DNA from: a virus | Lineage: Duplodnaviria > Caudoviricetes | DNA length: 40,545 nt | Strand: one strand, 5' to 3' | Virus record (IMG/VR): IMGVR_UViG_3300033067_000687 | Coordinates: 1-40,545 of that record | Shown here: piece by piece, positions 1 to 8,600 of the stretch | Numbering within the stretch: position 1 is the first letter of the stretch | How the letters are laid out: each line of letters begins with the position of its first letter | Program-made: the position numbers and the translations under genes | Notes under the pieces: model-generated | Seen by the model: the letters and a program-made list of their open reading frames with translations, nothing else | Databases searched by the model: none | Told to the model about the DNA's origin: nothing

Positions 1-50
1 TCCCCCCCCCCCCCCCCGATGTCAAGACCCGGTGTCAAGAACGTCGGCGC

Positions 51-80
51 AAGCATATAGAACGTGTGTTCTATATGCTT
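51..80. promoter_or_regulatory. Perfect 13-bp inverted repeat whose core is a Gram-positive/Chloroflexota-type LexA (SOS) box
   Basis: AAGCATATAGAAC-GTGT-GTTCTATATGCTT; core AGAAC-N4-GTTCT at 59-72. Confidence 0.6.
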
Positions 81-121
81 CAAGAGTCTACCTCCCGAGT
101 GAGCGCCGCCGCGCACCAATC

Positions 122-156
122 AAAAGACCCGCCTCCATCACGGATGCGGGTCTTTT
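122..156. terminator. Bidirectional Rho-independent terminator ending the - strand structural operon
   Basis: AAAAGACCCGC...GCGGGTCTTTT stem with A/T tracts on both sides, 20 bp after the XRE stop. Confidence 0.8.
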
Positions 157-175
157 CTGCGTCCTGGGCGAGTAG

Positions 176-451
176 CTACGCCTGACAACGCGACCAGAGT
201 TCATCCATCGTCAGCCCGAGCACGGCCGCGAGTCGCGCGAACACCGCCACGTCATGCGGCTGGTTGAGTCCGTACTCCCACTTTCGATAGGTGCTGCTCT
301 CGACGCCGATCTCGACGGCCACGTCAAGCTGACGCAGGCCGGCGGCCCGCCGCAGTTCGGCCAAGTGCCGGCCAAAGTCCGTCCGATACTTCGCCACCGT
401 CACGCGCGGGCAGGGCGCGGAGAGGTCGCGCGACGCCCGCAGGTCGGTCAT
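176..451 (-). CDS. XRE/Cro-family HTH regulator
   Basis: LAELRRAAGLRQLDVAVEIGVESSTYRKWEYGLNQP fits the HTH_3 pattern. Confidence 0.85.
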   Translation of the reverse strand: MTDLRASRDLSAPCPRVTVAKYRTDFGRHLAELRRAAGLRQLDVAVEIGVESSTYRKWEYGLNQPHDVAVFARLAAVLGLTMDELWSRCQA

Positions 452-796
452 TCAGAGCGCCATCGCCGGGTGCTGCGTGACCGTCCCGTCCAGGTGGGTC
501 ATCGTGCCCGGCACGAAGCAATGCCCGCAGAACTCGCGGTCCTCAATCGGCACCCAGGCCAGCATCTGAACCGTCGAGCCGTCGTCGCGCACGGCCGTAG
601 CGGTGACGACCTCACGCATCGAGCGGGCCAGCATCGTCGCCTCGGCCGGGCAGGGGTGGGCCGGCACGACTTCGATCGTGAAATCGCGGATGATCTGGCC
701 GTCCTCGTCAAGCACGCGCTCGCCGTCGTCGTCCGTGATGACCCGCCACGCCAGCGGCCTCGTCGTCTCGGGGATGATCCCCTGGCACTTACGCAT
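452..796 (-). CDS. Hypothetical protein, possible Cys/His metal site
   Basis: Abuts neighbours; C4, HPC and FCGHC motifs. Confidence 0.55.
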   Translation of the reverse strand: MRKCQGIIPETTRPLAWRVITDDDGERVLDEDGQIIRDFTIEVVPAHPCPAEATMLARSMREVVTATAVRDDGSTVQMLAWVPIEDREFCGHCFVPGTMTHLDGTVTQHPAMAL

Positions 797-1082
797 CGCT
801 GGCCTCCGTCAGCGCCTTCCGGTCGGCGCTCCGCTTCAGGTCGAGCGCGTGGCGCACGTCGGCGCTGGCCGAGTACGGCAGGCCGGTCATGCTGGCGACG
901 CCGTGCGCGAGTTGGTCGATGGCCCCGACCATGCCCTCGGTGTGCTCCGCAGCCTCGCGCAGCGATTGGACGTGCCCGAGCAGCAGCGACAGACACGCCG
1001 CCGTGAACTCTTCGAGCGTGACCGGGTTCTCGCTGTCCGAAAGATAGTGCGCCCAGGACTTGGGCGTCCGCTTGACTGCCAT
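789..1082 (-). CDS. Hypothetical protein (97 aa, starts MAVKRT)
   Basis: GAGG RBS before ATG at 1082; tight packing after the fibre gene. Confidence 0.6.
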   Translation of the reverse strand: MAVKRTPKSWAHYLSDSENPVTLEEFTAACLSLLLGHVQSLREAAEHTEGMVGAIDQLAHGVASMTGLPYSASADVRHALDLKRSADRKALTEASDA

Positions 1083-1089
1083 GATGCCT

Positions 1090-2058
1090 CTAACTCTTGA
1101 TCGCCCAGACGACGGCGAACGACGGGATCGTCCAGGCGTCGGTCGAGGTCGCGCCGCCGCCGTCTGGGCCTCCGAAGCCGGTGTTTCCGGAGATGTCCAT
1201 AGCGCCCGGACCGTGGGTATGGTTGGTGGGCCGAACCGACGTGCTGCCGGTGGACTGCACGCTGTTCGTGCTGTCTGTCGAGGCGGCGGTGTTGCCGCTG
1301 AGTGACATGTCCGAGCCGGAATGGCTGTGATTCTGCGTCGTGTGGGCGTGGCTCCACGACGCGCCGTAGGCCGTGTTCTCGTTCCAGGTGACGGTGAACG
1401 TGGTGCCCGCTCCGACCGGGATGCGGCCATCCATGTTGGGGCGAGCCGGCGAACCGCCGCCGTCGCAGCGGTTCCAGCCCGACGCGATGGCGGCGGCAGT
1501 CCGGAACGACGCGATCAAGCCGGCCGGCACGGCCACGCCCGCGCTGCGCCACTGGAACTTGCCGGAGGTCAGGTCGTAGTGCAGGATCTGGCCGTCCGAC
1601 GCCGTGTTGTCGGAGTCGATCTCGTTGTGCTTCAGCTTGGCGAAGATCGGACGGATGACACCCGCGCCGATGTCTCGGGTGACGATGGGGAAGCCGGCGG
1701 CGGCACCGGGCGTGCCGGTGATCTTCAGACGGTCCAGCGCGACTCCCTCGACGGGAATGGAGCCGTTCGAGTCGGTGCCCGTCACCGTGCCGTTCGTCAG
1801 CTTGACATCGCCGTCGATGGCGTTGTCGGGAAGCTTCGCGGCCGGCACCGAGCCGTCTGCGAAGTCGGTGGCCGGGTCGAGCACCCGCCACACGCCGGCC
1901 ACGCCAGACGTGCTGACCAGGAACTTGCCCGAAGCGCCCGGTGAGCCGCTCCCGACCCGCTGGTGAAGGTCGCGCAGCGGCTCGTAGATGTTCTGCTGGT
2001 AGAACGGCACGGTGATCGCCGTACCGGCGACGGGCAGGACCGGATCGTACCAGGGCAT
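1090..2058 (-). CDS. Tail fibre protein with collar-like domain
   Basis: PAGLIASF...GWNRCDG...PNMDGRIPVGAG collar-like motif, H-x-H repeats (HAHT, HSHS, HTHG), last gene of the tail module. Confidence 0.75.
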   Translation of the reverse strand: MPWYDPVLPVAGTAITVPFYQQNIYEPLRDLHQRVGSGSPGASGKFLVSTSGVAGVWRVLDPATDFADGSVPAAKLPDNAIDGDVKLTNGTVTGTDSNGSIPVEGVALDRLKITGTPGAAAGFPIVTRDIGAGVIRPIFAKLKHNEIDSDNTASDGQILHYDLTSGKFQWRSAGVAVPAGLIASFRTAAAIASGWNRCDGGGSPARPNMDGRIPVGAGTTFTVTWNENTAYGASWSHAHTTQNHSHSGSDMSLSGNTAASTDSTNSVQSTGSTSVRPTNHTHGPGAMDISGNTGFGGPDGGGATSTDAWTIPSFAVVWAIKS

Positions 2059-2059
2059 G

Positions 2060-2464
2060 TCAGCCCTCCAGGCCGTGGGCGAGGTTGTCGGCGCGCACGT
2101 CCTCGACCGACTCGCCGGGTATCCAGGCCCGATTGACGTACGGGCGCATCACCAGCAGCCGCTGGATCTCGTCTCGGTCGGCCGGCACGGCGACTGGTCG
2201 CCAGCGACCGCCGATGGCCGTGTTCCAGCAGTTGTGACAGTAGAAGAGCGGCAGCGCGAGCCAGACAGCCTCGCTCATGCCGCAGTCGCAGACCACGATC
2301 CAACGCCCGCCGTTGATGCGGGCGAAGATCGGGGCGTCCTCGGCCACGTCAGCGACCGGCGGGAGCGCGCGGCCGGTCGCGGCCAGCAGATCCCGCTCCC
2401 ACGGCCAATCGAGCCGCTCGCAGCCGAAGAGCGCCGCCCCGTCGAGGATCGCGCCGACCGTCAC
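2060..2464 (-). CDS. Hypothetical tail-module protein with CxC/CxxC
   Basis: WIVVCDCG...FYCHNCWN; coupled to neighbours. Confidence 0.6.
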   Translation of the reverse strand: MTVGAILDGAALFGCERLDWPWERDLLAATGRALPPVADVAEDAPIFARINGGRWIVVCDCGMSEAVWLALPLFYCHNCWNTAIGGRWRPVAVPADRDEIQRLLVMRPYVNRAWIPGESVEDVRADNLAHGLEG

Positions 2465-2949
2465 TTCGGCCGCTCCGGCAGCGCCTCGACCAGCCCGTCA
2501 ACGATGTCGGCCATACCATCGAGCACGTCAATCAGCGCCGCCTTCGTCGCGGCCGGCAGGGCGCTCGCCGCAATTGCGGCTCGCTTGGCAGCGAGTCGCT
2601 GCTTACGAACGTCAGCGGCAGCAGCGATTCGCTCGTCGCGGGTCGGCTGCGGCTCCGGGATCGGGTCGGCGGCGGCGTCGTGCTGCTCAACCGCCTTGGT
2701 GATAGCCGACTCATCAGCCTCGATCGGCACCCACATCTCAACCCCGTCCTCAATCAAGTTGAACAGGACTTGCGTTGTGGCGTACTTCTCGCCGTCGCGC
2801 TTGATCGGCGCGAGCGCGCTGTCTAGGTCGGCCAGATCACCGGCGAGACGACGCAGATTGAACTGACCGTGGAAGCGCAGCACCTTCTGCGTCGCCGCTT
2901 CCTCGACTGGCTTGGCTTCCTCAGCCGCGCTAACGTCTTCCATTGTCAT
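2461..2949 (-). CDS. Hypothetical protein, possible fibre assembly chaperone
   Basis: 4-bp overlaps with both flanking genes; directly follows a fibre gene. Confidence 0.55.
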   Translation of the reverse strand: MTMEDVSAAEEAKPVEEAATQKVLRFHGQFNLRRLAGDLADLDSALAPIKRDGEKYATTQVLFNLIEDGVEMWVPIEADESAITKAVEQHDAAADPIPEPQPTRDERIAAAADVRKQRLAAKRAAIAASALPAATKAALIDVLDGMADIVDGLVEALPERPK

Positions 2950-3926
2950 CTCCCCAGGTAGACCGCGCCGAACGTCGTCACGCCGTCATAGTCGCCCATG
3001 TTCGACGGGTCCGGCCCATCGTGGTAGACGTTGTGCGTCACGTAGTCGGTCGTATTCGTGGTGATCGCCAGGGCGATACCGAAAGCCTGCACGTCGGACG
3101 AGGCGTGCTTGTAGTTCACCGGGAATGAGACAATCGTAGTTGCACCGCTGCCCGGCGCGAATCCACTCTGGCCTACGTATGTTGCGCCGGCGATATCGAC
3201 GCAGATGGTGCCGACCAGCAGCCACAGGCCGATCTGCCGCAGATTCCAGCGGGTCGGATTGACCGATGTGCTGTGGCCGGCAGAACTGCCTGACGGGAAA
3301 ATCTCGGTGACGTAGCTTGCGTCGGTGTAGGTGATCGGCACCAGCACCGCGCGGGCAGCGGATTGCGTCGTGATCTTCCGCGCCATCATCGCGTGCGTGT
3401 AGTAGTCGCCGGCGATGATGTTGCGGAATCCAGGGGTTGACGCTCCGGCGAACAGGGCTTGACCGTTGGTGCCGTTGACGATCTTGCTCGGGCCTACCGA
3501 GGTGACCATCCCGTCAACGATCTTCTGCATGGCGACCGTGGTGCCGCCGACCGTGGCCAGGACGGAGTTAGCGTCACCAGCGCCCGCGCCGGCCATCATG
3601 GCCGCGACGATCTTCTGGAGCGCGACCGTGGTGCCGCCGACCGTGGCGAGCACGGTGTTGGCGTCGCCTGCACCGGCCCCGGTCAGGTAGGCCGGCGACA
3701 GCTTGCCCCAATCGCTGGTGCCGGTGCCGGTGCCGCGAAAGGCGGTGTTGGCGGTCGGGGTGGACGCGCCTTTGCCCTGCTTCGCCTGAATCGCCTTGAT
3801 GGCGCGGTTAGCGACGTAGTGCTGATCGGCGTGCAGGAACCCGGTCTGATCCTGGTTGTTAGCGGCGGTCGGCTCGGGGAGCGACGTGCCGTCGTCAAAG
3901 TTCGCGGGCCAGTTTGTATCCGGCAC
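2946..3926 (-). CDS. Minor tail / fibre (receptor-binding) protein
   Basis: Gly/Thr/Ala-rich; N-terminal HADQH..ANRAIKAIQ anchor-like segment; internal 30-aa repeat; position. Confidence 0.7.
   Translation of the reverse strand: MPDTNWPANFDDGTSLPEPTAANNQDQTGFLHADQHYVANRAIKAIQAKQGKGASTPTANTAFRGTGTGTSDWGKLSPAYLTGAGAGDANTVLATVGGTTVALQKIVAAMMAGAGAGDANSVLATVGGTTVAMQKIVDGMVTSVGPSKIVNGTNGQALFAGASTPGFRNIIAGDYYTHAMMARKITTQSAARAVLVPITYTDASYVTEIFPSGSSAGHSTSVNPTRWNLRQIGLWLLVGTICVDIAGATYVGQSGFAPGSGATTIVSFPVNYKHASSDVQAFGIALAITTNTTDYVTHNVYHDGPDPSNMGDYDGVTTFGAVYLGR
3517..3685. repeat. Tandem 90-bp (30-aa) duplication inside the fibre gene
   Basis: GAGAGDANTVLATVGGTTVALQKIV and GAGAGDANSVLATVGGTTVAMQKIV; DNA period 90 (3517 vs 3607). 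Confidence 0.85.
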
Positions 3927-5633
3927 TTACAGCCCCCACAGGCCAGCGAGCGGATCGCTGTCGTTCACGCCCCACAACCCGGCACCGGGGTTGAGGACTG
4001 CCGCGTCGCCGGCCGGATCCCACTCGCTAGTGCTCCCGAGATAGAGGCCCGGACCCCAAATCGACCCGCTGGAGTCGGTCGATTTGGTGCATAAATAGGT
4101 CGCCGTGTGCAGTTTACCAGACCCCTTGAACTCGTGAACGATGCTTTCGATCCAGAAGTCGCCCGACCCGAGCGAGCCGGACGCCAGCCCCAGGTGCTGG
4201 TGGACGACCCGGATACGGTCGGACGGTCGCCGGACCGCCATCGCCGCCCGCTGGAAGCCGGTCAGGCCGACCACGCCGACTTCGACGGTCGGCCGCTGCT
4301 CCTGGTAGTAGAGCGCCACCGAGTCCACGACGGCCTGGGCGTACCCCTCCGACAGTTCGGCCCGCCCGCTGACCGCGTAGTCGTGCTCGTCGTACTTCGC
4401 CACCGAAGCCGTCGTGTCGATGCTCTGCTCGATGGTCTGCTCGGAGACGACGGTGACGGCCTGGGCGCGCAGACGGAGATTGCTCACCGTCACCGAGCCT
4501 GAGCCTGAAGCGGTGAAGCGGATCGCCACCGTCGTAGCGAACGCCAGCCCCGAGACGAGCGACACGGCCAGGGTCGCCGTGCCGCTCGTCGTGAAGTCGC
4601 CGCCGCCGGTGGACGGCACGACCGGGTTCTTGATCGGGTCGGTCAGCGTGGCGAAGATCGTTTTGGTCTGGCCCGACGAGAGCGTGAACGCCTGCCCGTA
4701 CTGCCAGACCTGACCGGACGCCTGCACCGCCCGGTTCTTTATCTGCATCGTGACCCGGTTGTAAACCTCGCTGAAGTGCTGGCGATAGACCAGACTGGCG
4801 TGCCACGACTCGGTGGTGCCGTTGTAGTCCATCGGCGCGTTGTACGGGAGCGGCGCGTTGTACGGGATCGTCTGGCCGGTCTGGTCGTACAGGATCTGCT
4901 GCACCGAGTTTGAGCGGGTGGTGTTGGTGCGGTAGTTCCGGTTCTCGAAGTGGAACGTCCCGTCCGGCAGTTCCAGCACCAGCGACGGCGGGCCTTCGAC
5001 GGCCACGAGATCGAGGATCGCCTGCCACGCGCTCTGCCCGTCGAGCCACCAGTACGCCAGGATCGTGTCGCCCGCGACCGGCAGACTCCGCTTGTCGGCG
5101 GGCCAGCCAATGTTGTCGAGAATCACCGTCATCGCCGCTGCGGTGTCGATGTTCTCGTACAGCGTCGTCTTGACGGTCTTCTTCGACAACAGTCGCTGGA
5201 GCGACCCCAGGCCGCGCACGTCGGTCCGCACCACGCCGATGTCCGGCTGGTGGGTGATGTCGTCCAGGGTGCCCTCGAAGAGCACCACGTCGGCCGTGCC
5301 GTTGTACAGCACTGGCGCGTTGTAGGCGACGTTCGCGTTGTAGAGGATCGTCTCTCCGACGCGCTCTTCGACCCGCATCGGACGGCCGGGCATCACCAAC
5401 TGGTAGAGCGGCGAGTTCGAGTTCTCAGGCGAGAGCAGGCGGTCCTTGTTGATGAGCGCGCCGTCCGCAGCCGGCACCATCGGCGGCGAGAGCGGGCGTG
5501 CGGTGTCCCGCCCGAGCGCGATCCGCAGGCCGGGTTCGGCCAGCATCCGCGCCGTCACATCGTCGTATGTGCCGCTGAAGTCGCCGTTGTTCTGCCAGTC
5601 GATCTTGACGGTCGGGCGAGCCTTCGTGGTCAT
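3927..5633 (-). CDS. Tail tip / baseplate hub protein (starts MTTKARP)
   Basis: ATG at 5633 overlaps the tape measure stop (ATGA); DGTFHFENR hub-like motif; position. Confidence 0.7.
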   Translation of the reverse strand: MTTKARPTVKIDWQNNGDFSGTYDDVTARMLAEPGLRIALGRDTARPLSPPMVPAADGALINKDRLLSPENSNSPLYQLVMPGRPMRVEERVGETILYNANVAYNAPVLYNGTADVVLFEGTLDDITHQPDIGVVRTDVRGLGSLQRLLSKKTVKTTLYENIDTAAAMTVILDNIGWPADKRSLPVAGDTILAYWWLDGQSAWQAILDLVAVEGPPSLVLELPDGTFHFENRNYRTNTTRSNSVQQILYDQTGQTIPYNAPLPYNAPMDYNGTTESWHASLVYRQHFSEVYNRVTMQIKNRAVQASGQVWQYGQAFTLSSGQTKTIFATLTDPIKNPVVPSTGGGDFTTSGTATLAVSLVSGLAFATTVAIRFTASGSGSVTVSNLRLRAQAVTVVSEQTIEQSIDTTASVAKYDEHDYAVSGRAELSEGYAQAVVDSVALYYQEQRPTVEVGVVGLTGFQRAAMAVRRPSDRIRVVHQHLGLASGSLGSGDFWIESIVHEFKGSGKLHTATYLCTKSTDSSGSIWGPGLYLGSTSEWDPAGDAAVLNPGAGLWGVNDSDPLAGLWGL

Positions 5634-8600
5634 GCGCGCCCCCGCCGGAGAGCCAGTTCGCGGCCCTCGATCCACAGATCCTCGACCACTCGCCCGCCGA
5701 TGATGACCGGGACGTGCATGACATCCTTCGCCTGCTGGCTCTTCCAGCCGGCCGGCAGCGGCACGATGGCCTCATCCTGCCCGGCCTCACCCGCTCGCAG
5801 GAGGGTGCCGCCGCGCCGGGCGCGCACGATGCCGCCCTCGGCCATCTCAGGGATGCCGGGGATGCCGTCGCCGCCCAGGATCGCCTGGATGTACTTCAGC
5901 GATTCCTCGTACGGGTCGCCGCGCTCCCAATGCCCCACGGCCCCGCCGCCGCCGTTGTACGCCACCAGCGCCTTGACCAGATCGTCGTACTCGCCCATGT
6001 GGCTGTTCATCAGCCGGGCGGCGTAGTCGAGCGAGTCGAACGGGTCGTAGACGTTGACGTTAGGGTGGTAGCGGCTCAGGATCTGCGCGATGCCCCGCGC
6101 CTCGTCTTCGCCGCGACTCGCGTACCGCCCCTGACCCCAGATCACGTCAGAGTTCCAGTTGGCCGACTCGTGGCGCATCTGCCGCATGAAGACCTCCGGG
6201 AAGGGGAAGCCGTTGCGGCGCGCGGCGTCCCGGGCAAGCTTGGCCCAATCGGAATCGTCCACGTCCACGCCCGAGAACAGGCCGATGAACTCCTTCATCG
6301 TTGACTGCGCGTCGGGGAAGATTTTCTTCACGCCGTTCAGGAAGCCGAGCATCGTGTTCTCACCGAGCGCAAACATGACGTGCGACGGCGAGCGGTGCTC
6401 CAGGCGGTCGCGGATGAACTTCGGAATCCAGTCGATGATCTTCTGGAACCAGTTCGCAGCCGTGCCCTCTTCCGACTCGTTGCCCCACACCGTCTTCAAG
6501 CCGTCCCAGAAGGCGTCGATCAGGCCGCGCCCCGACTCGAACAGCCACTTGACCTCGAACGGGTTGTTGGCGTCCAGGCCGAGCGCCCCGAAGATCGCCT
6601 TCTTGAAGTTGTTGAACCAGGGCGAGAGCGTCTCGGCCCAGAAACTGTTCATGCCCCCGAGCACGCCGTCGAGCACGCCCCGGCCAATGTTCTTCAGGTC
6701 TTCGACCCACGCCAGCCCGCCCTCGCCGTTCCAGCCGATGGCCCCGAAGATCAGGTTCTTCAGCCCCTGGAACCACTTTTCGAGGCCGTCCGTCGAGCCG
6801 CCCTTCCAGAACTCCTCCAGGCCCACCTTCAGCCCTTCGAGCACCGCCTTGCCGATGCTCTTCAGGTCTTCGAGCCATTCGAGCGCCCCGGACGCGCCGG
6901 TCCCGATCCAGCCGATGGCCTTGAACACGAGGTTCTTGAAGCCGCCGAACCAGCCCTCCAGCGTGTCGGTCCAGTATTTCGCCATGCCGTCCCGCAGCCC
7001 TTCGAGCAGGGCGGTGCCGATCTCCGCGAAGACGGTGGACGGCGACTGGATGCCGAACAGTTTCTTGACCGTCTTGATGATCCAGTCGGTCGCCTGCCCG
7101 AGATACGGCTCCAGCCACTTCCACGCGGCCTGGATGCCGTCCCAGATGCCCGAGAGCAGCGCGCCGCCGATCTCGACCGCGCCCTTCAGGATGGCCGGCA
7201 CGGCGGTCGTCGCCATCCAGATCGAGACGGCCAGCAGTAGCTTCGCGAGTTCGGCCAGCACCAGCGGGATACGCGGGCCGACCCAATCCACAATGGCCCG
7301 TCCCCACTCGCCCAACTTGGTCACGAGCGCCGGCAGGCCGTCGCGGACGACCCAATTCAGGACCGCCAGCAGCAGCCGGCCGAGTGCGTTCAGCATCGGG
7401 AAAATCTTCGGAGCGACCCACTCCACGAACGCCAGCCCCCACCGGCCGAGCGCGTCCAACAGGTCGCCGGCCTTCGCGCCGAGCCATTCGATGGTCTTCG
7501 CCAGTAGCGACCCTAGCTTCGACAGGAGGTTCGGGATCTCGGGGATCACCCACTCCACGAACGCCGTGCCCCATTCGAGCAACTTGACGGCAAGCTTGGC
7601 GCTGGCCTCCCCGACCCAATCGAGCACCTGGACAGCGAGCGTCCCCAGGTTGTCCAGCAACGGCCCGCCGGCCGCGAGCACGCTCTCTCCCAGGAAGCCG
7701 AGCACGGAGAGCCAACCGCCCGTCTCGAAGGCGCTCTTCAGGCGATTGGTGAAGTATTCGATGGCCGCGCCCAACTTGCCGCCGAGCACGTCCTGAAGTT
7801 TGTTGACCAGCGAGACGCCGAGCGTCGCGCCGATGCCCGCGCCGATGGGGCCGAAGGCCGCGCCGCCGAGCACCGCGCCGATGGAGCCGGCGACGATCTG
7901 GAACCAGTTCTTGTCGATCCAGTTCTTGACGCCGCTCGACATCTTCTCCGCGAGCATCTTGCCCTGGTCTTCGGCCCACTTCTCCAGCGATGCGTCGGTC
8001 TTCCGCTGGTACGACTGCGGGCCGGTCGGCGCGGCGGGACCGCCGGCCCCGGCAGCGGCCTTCGCAGCCGCCTTCGCCGCGGCTTCCTGCTCCTTGATGG
8101 CCCGGACGTTCGCCTCGATCTCCGACTTGACGCCCTGGTACTGGCTCTTCAGTTGGTTCAGGTCTTCCTTCTGGCGGGCGAGCGAGTCCAACTGCGCCAG
8201 CATCGGGGCCAGCGTCGCGGTCTGCTCATCCTTGATGGCCTTGACCTGGGCGAGCACCTCGGCCTTCATGGCGTCGGCCCCCATGTCGTTGAGCGCCTGC
8301 TGGATGGTGTGCTCTTCCTTGCGGACCGCGAGCAACTCGCGCTCTTTGGCGATCTCCGCGAGCTTGTTCTTGTCCACCATCCCGTCGAGGTCGCGCTGAA
8401 GCCCGAGTTCCTTCTCGCGCAGTTCGAGGTTCTTCAGCTTGTGCTTGTTGTCTTCGGCGCGCTGCTTGTCGTCGTCCAGGGCGATCTGGCGACGCAGGCG
8501 CAGTTCCTTCAACTGCCCTTCGAGGCCGTCCGTGTCCTTGTGATCCTTCTTGGCCTGCTTGATCCGATCCTGAAGTTCCTGCTCCTGGCGCGCGAACTGC

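Noticed and set aside
2-17. Poly-C run at the window start
   Set aside because: A homopolymer at a contig edge is most likely a sequencing or assembly artefact.
1090-3926. Diversity-generating retroelement acting on the fibres
   Set aside because: No reverse transcriptase, and the only repeat differs at synonymous sites, not specifically at adenines.
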